A stretch of DNA of 64,000 nucleotides, taken from an uncultured bacterium. GTDB taxonomy: Bacteria; Actinomycetota; Acidimicrobiia; Spongiisociales; ZC4RG35. The notes beneath the pieces were generated by a model, which was not told the DNA's origin, did no database searches, and saw only the letters and a list, made by a program, of their open reading frames with translations. Both the position numbers and the translations under genes were made by a program. This document shows positions 1-10,686 of the stretch, in pieces (position 1 is the first letter of the stretch; every line of letters starts with the position of its first letter). The stretch lies in the NCBI GenBank assembly GCA_963745865.1, contig CAVUYZ010000004.1, positions 149,288-213,287 of the forward strand, given 5' to 3'.

Positions 1-189
1 CTCGTAGAAGGGGAACAATCCTCTGACGTCGGGGAGCACGATCACGGCCATGTCGGATGGCTGCTCGCCGAAGACCTCGAACGCGTTGAAACGATTGCCG
101 TCGTCGGCCTTGAGTGTCACGCGCCTGCTGTTGGTCGATGCCCCTTCGATCTTGGGGATCGGGGGCACTGAGTCAGGTGGTACGCACAT
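1..189 (-). CDS. dienelactone hydrolase-family protein, N-terminal part (continues beyond window edge)
   Basis: Own translation of the minus strand from ATG 189..187 stays open to position 1. It reads MCVPPDSVPPIPKIEGASTNSRRVTLKADDGNRFNAFEVFGEQPSDMAVIVLPDVRGLFPFYE. The VLPDVRGL.PFY segment is typical of the DLH family, and GC3 is high. Confidence 0.5.
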   Translation of the reverse strand, partial: MCVPPDSVPPIPKIEGASTNSRRVTLKADDGNRFNAFEVFGEQPSDMAVIVLPDVRGLFPFYE

Positions 190-256
190 GGCTGCTCCCG
201 TCGGGTCTGGTGCTCCGAGCATAGGAGCGGGTTTCGGGTCGCTGGTCGTGCGCCCC

Positions 257-394
257 GAAATCCCCCTTGGCGTGCTGGCGCACGCCTGTTCCCCCGAGGG
301 GGAACGAAACACACCACTTGTCCCCCGTCGGGTCTGCTGTTGCGCGCCTGAAATCCCCCTTGGCGTGCTGGCGCACGCCTGTTCCCCCGAGGGG
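257..394. repeat. two identical 45-bp direct repeats (257..301 and 350..394, period 93 bp) with nested palindromes
   Basis: gaaatcccccttggcgtgctggcgcacgcctgttcccccgagggg occurs twice, 45/45 identical. Each copy contains ggcgtgc-tggc-gcacgcc (7-bp stem) and a ttccccc/gggggaa palindrome. A shorter repeat, cccgtcgggtctg, occurs at 197..209 and 324..336. Confidence 0.85.
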
Positions 395-414
395 AAACAA
401 ACAACCAATGCGGG

Positions 415-3400
415 TCAGTTGAGGTGCATGAGGACGCCCTCGAGGGCGATCTCGATCCAGTCGGGGCGGTTGTCGAGTTCGTAGCTGAGCTCGTAGACGA
501 CCTTCTCGAGCAGGTAGGCATCGAGCAGGGTGCGAATCTGATCCGGATCCGACGGGATCACCGCCGAATCGCCGATCTCGTCGAGGTAGCCGGCGAGGAA
601 CGTGGACGCCACCCAACGGAACCAGACGTCCGCCCATTGCTTGATACGGTCGGCGGTGACCGAGTGGGCGTCGACGAGGCCTCGGGCCTGGACCTCGAGA
701 GCGCCGGCGTTGGCTGCGTAGTGATATGACCGCACCATCCCCGCCACGTCGCGTAACGGTGATCGCTTGATCCGGCGCTCGGACACGGGCCTGGCGGGCT
801 CTCCCTCGAAGTCGATGATCATGAAGTCGTTCCCTGTGAACAGCACCTGACCCAGGTGATAGTCACCGTGGATCCGGGTCCGGGGCGCATCCAGCTTGCC
901 CTTCGAGACCGCAGCAACCCGGTCGAGCAGTTCCGCTTCGCGATCGAGTACCTGATCGGCGAGGTCGGCGACGTCGCCTTCCATCGTCTTCTTCCGTCTC
1001 CTGAGCAGCTGGAAACTCTGTCGGACTCCCGTGCGCATCGCCTGGTACAACGAGCGCTGGTAGAGCGTCGTCATCGGCTCGGGGGAGAACGCCGGGTCGT
1101 TCGGCTCGGAGCCGAGGGCGACGTGCAGCTGAGCGGTTCGTCGCCCGAGCAGCCGCGCCTCGATCAGAGCCGTCCCGAACATGCCCGCCAGATCCTCGTC
1201 GGGCTCGGCGCCGATCAGATCCATCGGGTGGGCTTTGATCGTGGGCAATCGGTCTTGCGAGCGCGAGGTGATGACCTGCTCGATGAAGAGCGACATCTGG
1301 TCGACCGTGTGCGCCCAGGCGTCACCCTGGTTCGGGACGTACTCCTGCAGCACCCCGAGTGCCGACTCGATCCCGTCATGAATCGCATCGAGGACGCCGA
1401 GCGTGGGCGGCGTGTTCGCGAAGTCGGTTCGCTCGGTGAGGAAGCGGCCGATCTCGACCTCGGGATTCTGGCCCGCTTCGAGCTTGCGGAAGACCTTCAG
1501 GATCACCGTGTCATCGAACACGATCGATGAGTTCGACTGCTCCACCCCGAGCGTCCGTACCTGGGAATCCACACCGATCCGCGGCTTGGCCCCCTTGCGA
1601 CCGCTGCTCTTGACCTCGGTCTGGGATCCAACCTTCCGCGGCCGCCCGGTCATGGAGGCCAGGAGCGAGCGCCCGAAGGTGGCGTCGTCGATGGCGTGGA
1701 CAAGGGCCGAGCCGTCACCGCTTCCGGTCACCACGGCAAGGATCCGCTCGGCTTCGTGCTCCCTGAGATCGGCTGCCAGTTCCTCGGAGACCAGGGTGAC
1801 CGGGATGACATACGTCTCATGCTCGCGTTCGGCGAAGTTGACCTCGGCGATGATCGTCTTGACATCCGTGTCGGGAAACGACAACACATCGACGACGTCC
1901 ACCGCTGTGATCGTGCTCGCCTTCGACCGAAACCAGCGACGCCGCGGCAGGTCGGCGGCCAGTGCCTTCCCGAGTTGTCCTCTGGCCCGGAACACGTCGG
2001 CGTCCTCGGAGCGGAGGCGGATCCTCGGCAGCCCGTCGATGGTCTCGTCGGTGACCGACGCGTGCTCGAACCGGAACCAATAGAACTGATGGGCGCCGAG
2101 TGTGAGCAGATACGGGAGCTCACCGACCTGGGGGAACGGCGTCCTGCCGAACACCTCGATCGGATGACGACCGGCATGGTGGCCGAGGTCGAGTTCCACC
2201 GATTGCACATGCCGAGACAGGTTCGCAACCACCAGGACGGTCTCGTCTTCGAGCCTCCGTTCGAATGCGAGCACCTTGGCGTTGTCAGGTTGCAGGAAGT
2301 GGAGCGACCCGCTCGAGAGCGCAGGCAGGCTCCGCCGCTGGGCGATCATCCGACGCATCCACCACCAGAGCGAGTTCGGGTTCGACTGCTGGGTCTCGAC
2401 GTTGACGGCCTCGTAGTGGTATTCGGGGTCGGCGATGACCGGGAAATACAGACGCTGCGGGTTCGCCTTCGAGAACCCGGCGTTCCGATCGCCCGACCAC
2501 TGCATCGGGGTACGGACGCCGTTGCGATCGCCGAGGTAGATGTTGTCGCCCATGCCGATCTCGTCGCCGTAATAGACGACCGGGGTGCCCGGGAGCGAGA
2601 AGAGCAGTGCGTTCAGGAGCTCGATCGTCCGCCGGTTGTTGCCGAGCAGGGGAGCGAGGCGACGGCGGATCCCGACGTTGATGCGGGCCTGTTCGTCGGA
2701 CGCGTACATGCGGTACATGTAGTCCCGTTCCTCATCGGTCACCATCTCTAGTGTCAGCTCGTCGTGGTTCCGCAGGAAGATCGCCCAGGCGGATCCCTCG
2801 GGGATCTCGGGGGTCTGATCCATGATGTCGATGACCGGGAAGTTGTTCTCCATCTTGACCGACATGAACAGCCTCGGCATGAGCGGAAAGTGAAAGTTCA
2901 TGTGGCATTCGTCGCCGTCTCCGAAGTATGCGGCGGAGTCCTCAGGCCATTGGTTCGCCTCGGCGAGGAGCATCCGACCGTCGTAGTTGGCATCGACGTG
3001 CGTCCGCAGCTTCTTCAGGAACGCGTGTGTCTCGGGCAGGTTCTCACACATCGTGCCGTCCTGCTCGTAGAGATAGGGGACGGCGTCGAGCCGCAGGCCG
3101 TCGACGCCCATGTCGAGCCAGTAGTCGAGTGTCTCGAACACGGCTTGCTGCACCGCATCGCTCTCGAAGTTCAGATCGGGCTGGTGCGAGAAGAACCGGT
3201 GCCAGTAGTACGCGTTGGCCACCGGGTCCCACGCCCAGTTCGACGTCTCGGTGTCCTGGAAGATGATCCGGGCGTCCTTGTAGAGGTCGGGCGTGTCGGA
3301 CCAGACATAGAAGTCACGTTCGACAGATCCCGGTGGCGCGGTGCGGGCCCGCTGGAACCAGGGGTGCTGGTCGACTGGTGTGGTTGATCACGAGTTCGGT

Positions 3401-3688
3401 GATCACTTTGAGGTCGCGTGCGTGTGCTTCGTCGAGGAAGCGACGGAAGTCCCGCATGGTGCCGTACGACGGGTTGATCGAGCGGTAGTCGGCGATGTCG
3501 TACCCGTCGTCGCGGAGTGGGGACGGGTAGAACGGGAGCGTCCAGATGGCGGTGACACCCAGCTCCTGGAGATAGTCCAGCTTCGACGTCAAACCCCGGA
3601 AGTCCCCGATGCCGTCGCCGTTCGAGTCATGGAACGCTCGCACGTGCAGTTCGTAGATGACGGCGTTTTGATACCACTTCTCGTTCAT
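415..3688 (-). CDS. treS: trehalose synthase fused to maltokinase (TreS-Mak/Pep2); frame broken by one extra nt near 3373
   Basis: ORF 3314..3688 is the TreS N-terminus ([19 protein letters not shown]...VINHTS). ORF 415..3222 continues it ([19 protein letters not shown]...) and ends in a maltokinase-type kinase domain ([18 protein letters not shown]). Deleting one nt in agtCgacc restores [23 protein letters not shown]. Length 3274 = 3n+1. Confidence 0.9.
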
Positions 3689-3698
3689 CGTCTTGCTC

Positions 3699-5690
3699 CT
3701 ATAGGTAGTAGTCGAAGTCGTGCTCGGTGCGGACGAGGCGCCGCACGGCGAACACGTGAGCGGGGATCCCGGTTGGATCGAGCTCGACGTAGTTCCATCG
3801 ATCGTTCCACAGGTATCTGCGGTCGATCAGCAGGTCATGCACCTGGAACGAGCTGTGCTCATCGATTCCGATCTCCTCGAGCGGAAGCTGGATGTAGCCG
3901 GACTGGGTGTGATGGGGGTCGAGGTTGATGACGACCAGCAGGAGGTCGTCATCCCACTCCTTCGAGTAGCAGAGGATGTCCTGGTTGTCGGTGGCGTGGA
4001 ACGTGATGTTGTCGGTTCGTTGCAGGGCAGGGTGTTCCCGCCTGATCGCATTGAGTCTGGTGAGCAGCGGTGCCAATGAGTCCGCCCGGTCCAGGTCCCA
4101 GTCTCGAATCTGATACTTCTCCGAATCGAGGTACTCCTCCGCTCCAGGCGTACGCGGCGTACTGCCCATCAATTCGAACTCCGGACCGTAGATCCCGTAG
4201 TTCGAGGAGAGCGTGGCCGCCAGGATCGCCCGCACGACGAAGCCGGGGCGTCCGCCGGTCTGGAGGTACTGGGGCAGGATGTCAGGCGTGTTCGGCCAGA
4301 AATTCGGTCGCAGGAAGTCGGAGACGGCTGCGAGATCCTGCATGTACGTCGTCAGCTCCCAGGCGGTGTTGCGCCAGGTGAAGTAGGTGTATGACTGGGT
4401 GAAGCCGACCTTGGCGAGCCGCTGCATCACCGTTGGGCGGGTGAACGCCTCGGCGAGGAAGATGACGCGAGGATTCCGCTCGGTGACCTGGCCGATCACC
4501 CACTCCCAGAACGGGAACGCCTTGGTGTGGGGATTGTCGACCCGGAAGATCTCAACACCCTCGTCCACCCAGTGCAGAAAGACGTCCCGAAGGGCTGCCC
4601 ACAGGCCGGTGGGGTCGGACGTCTCGAAGTCGATCGGATAGATGTCCTCATATCGTTTGGGCGGGTTCTCGGCGTACTGGATCGACCCGTCTGGCCGGTG
4701 CTTGAACCACTCGGGGTGCTCGGTGACCCATGGGTGGTCGGGGGAGCACTGAAAGGCGATGTCCATGGCCAGTTCCAGCCCCAGTGAGTCGGCTCGCTCC
4801 ACCAGCGAGCGGAAGTCCTCGAGCGTGCCGAGCTGCGGGATCGATGGCGTCGTGCCCACCATCAGACGAACCGACCGCCCATGGGACGCCCGGATCGTCG
4901 GATCCGGCACCGAGCGTGTTGTTGGGGCCTTTGCGTTTGGTCACCCCGATCGGGTGGATCGGAGGCAGATAGAGCACATCGAATCCCATATCCGCGACGT
5001 AGTCGAGCTTCTCGGCGACTTCGTTGAAGGTTCCGTGGGACCCGGGCTCACCCCAGGACCGCGGGAAGAGCTCGTACCAGCTCGAGAAGCGGGCGAGGGG
5101 CCGATCTACCCAGAGGGGATAGGGGTCGGTGGTGGTTGCATGTGTTCTGTCCCCCCATGCCCGACATGAGGTCGGCGAGGTCGAGGTCGAGGGCTGCGGC
5201 GGTGCGGTTTTCGGTGGCCGCGGTCGGGTCGGTGAGCCGGTCGGCGAATTTCTGACAGCTTCTTGGCCGTTGCCCCCTTGGCGCGTGCCGCTGCAGTCGT
5301 CACGAGCTCGGCCCCGATCTCGAGATCGACCGACACGTCCTGCCCTGCGTCGACCTTCTTCTCCAAGCCGTCCGTCCAGGTGTCGAAATGGTCGATCCAT
5401 CCCTGGATCCTGTACTGGTATCCGCCCGGTTCGTTGATGGTGAACGAACCACGGCGTCGATCCATCATCAGCGGCTCGAGGGGGACGGTGTGCCACCCGT
5501 CGTCGCCGAGCGCTCGGTACTGGATCACACCGGCAACGTGGTCGTGGCCATCGGCGAACACGTTCGCCTCGACACCGACCTCGTCCCCGACGACTCGTTT
5601 GACGGCGAATCGGCCACCATCCACCATCGGCGTGACGTCCTCGATCACCACCCGCTGGTTGGTCGGCTCGATCTCGGTGAAGGGATTCAT
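3699..5690 (-). CDS. glgE: alpha-1,4-glucan:maltose-1-phosphate maltosyltransferase GlgE; frame broken three times (~5245-5250, C-run 5151-5156, GGG 4837-4839)
   Basis: Four consecutive segments, alternating between all three minus-strand frames, join into one GlgE. They are [32 protein letters not shown]..., [58 protein letters not shown]...[13 protein letters not shown] and [36 protein letters not shown]...FRVDNPHTK. The ATG at 5690 overlaps the treY stop (ATGA). Total length is 1992 = 3n with three +1 shifts. Confidence 0.88.
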
Positions 5691-8272
5691 CGGGGGTTCC
5701 TGCTCTCGTGTTCGTATGTCGTGAAAATGCCAACCGGCGCGTCTGTGAAGACCTCCGCCAGGGGAATGCTGCCGTGCCATGGCCGTTCGCGCCAGGTCAG
5801 CCGATCGATCCACTGGTCGGGGGCGTGGCCGGGGAGTGCGATCTCGGTGCCGTGCCAACCATCGGTTGGCCACAGTCCGGGGTGGTCGAGACCGAGCGTC
5901 AGTCGCGACGCCACGACGATCGCCCAGTCGTTCTCATCATATCGGGCGTAGGCGATCACATTGTCCTGCCGATCGCCATGGACCTCCAGCGGCAGGTAGG
6001 CGCCGCTCCGGAACAGACCGGGTCGTTCCCGTCTTAGTCTCAGACAGGCAGACGTGATGGCCAGTTTGATGCGGCCGTCCTGCCAGCTCTCCCCGAGCGA
6101 ACGGAGTACGCCATCCTCGCCGGCCCGGTCGTCGAGTTCCTTCAGCAAGCGGTCGCGGAGGCTCCAGTTGACCGGTCGTCGATTGTCCGGATCGGTCAGC
6201 GAGAGATCCCAGAGCTCCTGGCCCTGGTAGACGTCCGGGACCCCAGGTGCGCAGAGGCGCAGCCCGATCTGGCTGAGCGAGTCGAGGGCACCCGCCCGCC
6301 ACAAGGGCTCTGCGAAGTCCTTCAGCTCGTCAACGAATTCGTCGTCGGTGATCAACCCCATCGCGAACCCGGTCAGCGCCGCCTCGTGCGTCTCGTCGGG
6401 CTCGAGCCATGCGGTGTGCACCTTGGCTTCGCGCGCCGCCTTCACCAAGTAGTCGGCGAGGCGGGCATCGAGGTTCTCCCGTCCATTCAACGGCCACACC
6501 CCGATCAGGGTCTGGTAGATGAGGAGCTCCTCGTTGCGAGTCGGTGACGTCTGTGAGATGCGATGGCGTCGGTTGCGATCGTGCCAGACCTCGACGCGCT
6601 GTGTCCACCGCTCGGCGACCTGGCTGATGGCCGAGATCCGGGTTCGCACATCTTCGGAGCGCTTGGTGTCGTGGGTGGCGGCCGTGGTCATCGTGTCGGG
6701 TCGGCTTCCGGCCACTCGGTCGTTGTGGCTGTGATACGCGGCGATCGGATCGTCGGGCAGTGGGATCGGATGAGCCCCCACCTCGTTCAGCGATACCAGG
6801 AGGTTGAACTGGTAGAAGGCCGTGTCTTCGACTCCCTTCGCCATCACCGCGCCTGTGAACTGTTGGACCCGCTCGACGAAGTCGAGCCGCTCGGCGACCT
6901 CATCGGGCTCGAGGTCGGGACCGTGGTCCAGGAGGAGGACTTCCCTGAGAAATTCGAACACGCGTGGATCTCGCTCGGGGGCGAGGGATGTAGCCGTTTC
7001 GAGGGCCTGATGGACATGGTCCCGATCTTCGGCTGAGACAACGCCTTCTCGCGCGTATGTGCGATACACCGGGAGGGCTGCGAGTACGTCGACCGCCCCG
7101 GAGATCAGTTCGGACGGCAGGATGTCTCTGGCGATTCGATCACGACGCGCCAGCGCCTCGAGGGCCGCGGCGAACCGCGCCGTCTCGGGCCCCAGGCGCT
7201 CGTGGATGATGAAGCGCTGTTGCTCGTGGACGATGGCTTCGAAGTCCAGTGACCCGCCGGTGAAATCGCGATAGTGACCGGCGAGCGTGTCGAGGCCCGC
7301 AGGGTCGACGAACGCCTTGACGGAAGCGTCGAGGTACTCGTACCCGGTGGTCCCGGCGATGGGCCATGCCTCCGGGACCTGCTCGCCCGGCGCGAGGATC
7401 TTCTCGACGACGATGTAGGCATCGTTGCCTGTCGCCGCCCGGAGGGACTCCAAATAGTCGAGCGGATGTCGCAGCCCGTCGATGTGGTCGAGCCGGAGGC
7501 CGTCAACCGTTCCGGCCTTCACCAGTTCGATCACCAGGCGGTGGGTGTCGTCGAACACCACAGGGTCCTCCTGCCGCACACCGATCAGTTCGGCGATCGT
7601 GAAGAACCGTCTGTACCCGAGGCGCTCGCGTGACAACTGCCACCACACCAGGCGGTAGTGCTGGCGGTCGAGCAGACGGTGCAGAACTGTGGGGTCGGCG
7701 TTGATTGCAGCGACGGACTCGTCGATGTCGGCCTCTTCGGCATCCAGGCCGAAATCCGCGAGCGACTGCGGGGAGAGCGGGAACCTCGCATCCCAGTATG
7801 CGGCTCGGAGCGCTCCGTCTGCGTGCTCCAGCGTGATCTCTCCCGCCTGAAGCGCCTCGGCGTACGGTCGACCGAGAAATGGGAGAGGGATGCTGTCGTC
7901 GTCCCAGAACAGGTCGAAATGTCTTGCATGATCTGCGTTCGGCCCGTTTTCGAGGACGTCCATCCACCACGGGTTGTGGCGGCCGATCGCCATGTGGTTC
8001 GGGACGATGTCGAGGATCAGACCCATGCGATGTTCGTGCAGCGTTGTCGCCAGCAGATCGAGGGCGGGGCGCCCGCCCAGCTCGGGGTCGATCTCGCTCG
8101 GGTCGACGACGTCGTACCCGTGCGGGCTACCGGGGCGCGATCTGAGCAGCGGGGAGGCGTACAGATGTGACACGCCGAGACGATCGAGGTAGTCGACCAG
8201 CCCCGAGGCCGTCTCGAGGACGGTCACGGCCGGATCGAATTGCACCCGATAGGTCGAGGCTGGGACCGTCAT
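5687..8272 (-). CDS. treY: malto-oligosyltrehalose synthase TreY
   Basis: Intact 861-862 aa ORF beginning (M)[34 protein letters not shown], a GH13 TreY signature. Start is ATG 8272 (or TTG 8275) and abuts the GH57 stop. Confidence 0.88.
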   Translation of the reverse strand: MTVPASTYRVQFDPAVTVLETASGLVDYLDRLGVSHLYASPLLRSRPGSPHGYDVVDPSEIDPELGGRPALDLLATTLHEHRMGLILDIVPNHMAIGRHNPWWMDVLENGPNADHARHFDLFWDDDSIPLPFLGRPYAEALQAGEITLEHADGALRAAYWDARFPLSPQSLADFGLDAEEADIDESVAAINADPTVLHRLLDRQHYRLVWWQLSRERLGYRRFFTIAELIGVRQEDPVVFDDTHRLVIELVKAGTVDGLRLDHIDGLRHPLDYLESLRAATGNDAYIVVEKILAPGEQVPEAWPIAGTTGYEYLDASVKAFVDPAGLDTLAGHYRDFTGGSLDFEAIVHEQQRFIIHERLGPETARFAAALEALARRDRIARDILPSELISGAVDVLAALPVYRTYAREGVVSAEDRDHVHQALETATSLAPERDPRVFEFLREVLLLDHGPDLEPDEVAERLDFVERVQQFTGAVMAKGVEDTAFYQFNLLVSLNEVGAHPIPLPDDPIAAYHSHNDRVAGSRPDTMTTAATHDTKRSEDVRTRISAISQVAERWTQRVEVWHDRNRRHRISQTSPTRNEELLIYQTLIGVWPLNGRENLDARLADYLVKAAREAKVHTAWLEPDETHEAALTGFAMGLITDDEFVDELKDFAEPLWRAGALDSLSQIGLRLCAPGVPDVYQGQELWDLSLTDPDNRRPVNWSLRDRLLKELDDRAGEDGVLRSLGESWQDGRIKLAITSACLRLRRERPGLFRSGAYLPLEVHGDRQDNVIAYARYDENDWAIVVASRLTLGLDHPGLWPTDGWHGTEIALPGHAPDQWIDRLTWRERPWHGSIPLAEVFTDAPVGIFTTYEHESRNPR

Positions 8273-10686
8273 CAATCGACCCGCACCTTGAGGTTGGCGC
8301 CGAGCTGTCGGAAGCTCGCCTCCCAGCGGCGGGCACGCGCCGAGGTGCGCCCGGTCATCTCCTCGAACACGGCCTCCTTGAGCCGGTAGAAGATGTTCTG
8401 TGACTCGGTGAGATCGACATCGAGTCGCGCCGATCTCGACAGGTCGACGAGCGAGGTCGCCCGTTCGACGAGGCCGATGTCCTGCGGGTTTGCCTCGAGG
8501 TCGGTCAGCGCCGTCTCGATCGTGTGTGCCAGCTCGAAGCCCAACCCCTCGCGATCGAGGACCACGCCGATCTGCCCGGCGTCGTCCAGCAGCCTCGACA
8601 CGTGGTCGTGGTCGAGATCCGGGTCTGCGAGACGGTCGGCCAACTCGTGGTTGAGCACGGTCCGAGCTGTCGAGACGAGCTCATCGGGAAGGGGAACACC
8701 GATCGATGCGAGGAACCGGAGCAGCGGGACTCTCGTCTCGTATGCCGAGCGCGTCTGCTCTGCGACGTCCTCGACGGTCGACTCGATGATCTCCGAGACG
8801 ATCCGACTCCGCTCGTCCCGAAAGAGGCTGGCGAGGGTGTATCGGTTCGATCGGAAGAAGCCATCCATCTCGCGAAGTGTCGATGGAAGATCGCCGCGCT
8901 CAAATGGCGCGTAGACCCGCTCGGTTAGCTCGCGATATCTCCGGGGTGGCCCCGCCGGTCGCACTCCCGCGGTCAGGTTGTGATCGCCGAAGTGGAGGAC
9001 GCCGTAGATCAGGTCGTCGCTGTCCCGAGTGATCTGTGACCTCACTGCGACCCGGCCAGTGCCGAGCTTCCACGGTCCCGAGGCGTCGGATCGATGGTCG
9101 GAGCGAACGACATCGAACGCCCGAACCAGGGCTTCGTCATCGACCTCGTCGAAGAGCGAGAGCAGGGCATAGTGCGCGGTAACGTCGGACAGTGTCACGC
9201 GCGATGGTTTCACGAAGCGCTCGTAGACGGCACGGCCGTTCGGTATCTCCGCGATGTTGCTCTCGGCGTCGGCGAGCCTGTCGACGAATCCCGCCTCCAG
9301 ATGGAGCTCGAGTGCCTGCTCTGCGAGCTGGATCGCTCTGGCGGCATATTGGATCACCTGAACGGTCTCGATCCCCGAAAGCTCGTCGAAGAACCAGCCG
9401 CACGACGTGTACATGAGCATGGCATGGCGTTGGAGTTCCAGCAGGCGGAGCGCCCGCGTCGCCTCCTCCGGATCCGGCTGGTGTCCGAGCCATGTCTGCA
9501 GGAAGCCATCGACCGCCTCGTCCGACCGGTCGAGGACGAGCTCGATGTAGGCATTGCGGGCGGACCACGGATCTGTGAAGAGGTCGGAGCCGGCGTCCTC
9601 GAACCCGGCATCGATCTCCCCCCGCAGCCAGTCCAGGGCATCGCGGAGCGGCTCACGCCAGCGCTGGTGCCACTCAGGCCGCATTCCGGAGGCGCATCCG
9701 CAATCCGCCCGCCATCGATCCACACCGTGCACACAGCTCCAGGCGGTGTTCTCGACGACCTGCGCCTCGTGGGTCGGAGGGTGCCGCTCCAGCCAGCTGC
9801 CGTAGACGGTGAGCTCGACGTCTGGATCCGAGTCGATGCGCTCGAGCGCCCATGCGAGAGCCATGTCGCCGTGGCGCTGATGGTGGCCGTAGGTCTCACC
9901 GTCGGTCGCGACATTGACGAGCTGGGGGTGTTCGCCGTCTGAGAAGAGCCCGACGAGCCGGTCGGCGTAGAGGTTTCCGTCGCGGAGGAGACCTTCGAAA
10001 GCGATGCCCTGGGAAACGGGCCCGTCGTAGACGAACACTGCGATTGATCGACCCTCCGGTAGCGACACCCGATAGGGCATCGTCGGATCGACCCGTCCGC
10101 TCGACACGTCTGACCAGTCGGTCGCATCGAGATGCCTGACGGCCGAGATCTGGTGCGGTTCGAGGATCGTGAAACTGATCCCCGCCTTGGCCATCGCATC
10201 GAGGGTCTCCATGTCGACGGCGGTCTCGGGGAGCCACATTCCTTCGGGGTCCCGACCGAATCGGTGGCGAAAGTCGGCGACCCCCCACAGGACCTGCGTC
10301 TCCTTGTCGCGAGCCGAGGCCAGCGGCATGATCAGATGCCCGTAGGCCTGGGCGATTGCCGGTCCATGGCCATCGAACCGTTCGGCCCCTCTGGCGTCCG
10401 CTTCCACGATCTCCCGATAGACATCGGGAGCGGACCGTTCCATCCACGCGAGCACCGTCGGCCCGAAGTTGAAGCTCATCCGCTCGTAGTTGGACACCAT
10501 GCGCAGGATGAAGCCCTGATCGTCGACGATTCGGCTCCTGGCGTTGGGAGCGTATGACTCTGCAGTGATCCGTTCGTTCCAGTCGTGGAAGGGATAAGCC
10601 GAGTCCTGGAGCTCGATGTCCTCCAGCCACGGATTCTCGCGTGGGGGCTGGTAGAAGTGCCCGTGGATGCAGATTGCCCGGCTCAC
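8272..10686 (-). CDS. glycoside hydrolase family 57 protein with long C-terminal (DUF3536-like) domain
   Basis: The N-terminus [22 protein letters not shown]...FHDWNERI..MSFNFGPTVLAWM..IMPLA is a GH57 catalytic-domain signature. The GTG at 10686 overlaps the treZ stop (GTGA). An alternative ATG lies at 10719. Confidence 0.8.
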   Translation of the reverse strand: MSRAICIHGHFYQPPRENPWLEDIELQDSAYPFHDWNERITAESYAPNARSRIVDDQGFILRMVSNYERMSFNFGPTVLAWMERSAPDVYREIVEADARGAERFDGHGPAIAQAYGHLIMPLASARDKETQVLWGVADFRHRFGRDPEGMWLPETAVDMETLDAMAKAGISFTILEPHQISAVRHLDATDWSDVSSGRVDPTMPYRVSLPEGRSIAVFVYDGPVSQGIAFEGLLRDGNLYADRLVGLFSDGEHPQLVNVATDGETYGHHQRHGDMALAWALERIDSDPDVELTVYGSWLERHPPTHEAQVVENTAWSCVHGVDRWRADCGCASGMRPEWHQRWREPLRDALDWLRGEIDAGFEDAGSDLFTDPWSARNAYIELVLDRSDEAVDGFLQTWLGHQPDPEEATRALRLLELQRHAMLMYTSCGWFFDELSGIETVQVIQYAARAIQLAEQALELHLEAGFVDRLADAESNIAEIPNGRAVYERFVKPSRVTLSDVTAHYALLSLFDEVDDEALVRAFDVVRSDHRSDASGPWKLGTGRVAVRSQITRDSDDLIYGVLHFGDHNLTAGVRPAGPPRRYRELTERVYAPFERGDLPSTLREMDGFFRSNRYTLASLFRDERSRIVSEIIESTVEDVAEQTRSAYETRVPLLRFLASIGVPLPDELVSTARTVLNHELADRLADPDLDHDHVSRLLDDAGQIGVVLDREGLGFELAHTIETALTDLEANPQDIGLVERATSLVDLSRSARLDVDLTESQNIFYRLKEAVFEEMTGRTSARARRWEASFRQLGANLKVRVD

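Noticed and set aside
257-394. Possible CRISPR array: identical repeats separated by a ~48-bp spacer.
   Set aside because: There are only two copies. The repeat is 45 bp, longer than typical CRISPR repeats. The regions preceding the two copies share sequence (cccgtcgggtctg), so this is a tandem or segmental repeat. No cas genes are in the window.
3699-5690. Programmed ribosomal frameshifting as an explanation for the split genes.
   Set aside because: I saw no slippery heptamer or downstream pseudoknot pattern. The breaks are scattered over 16 unrelated genes and up to three occur per gene. Simple 1-nt insertions explain all of them.
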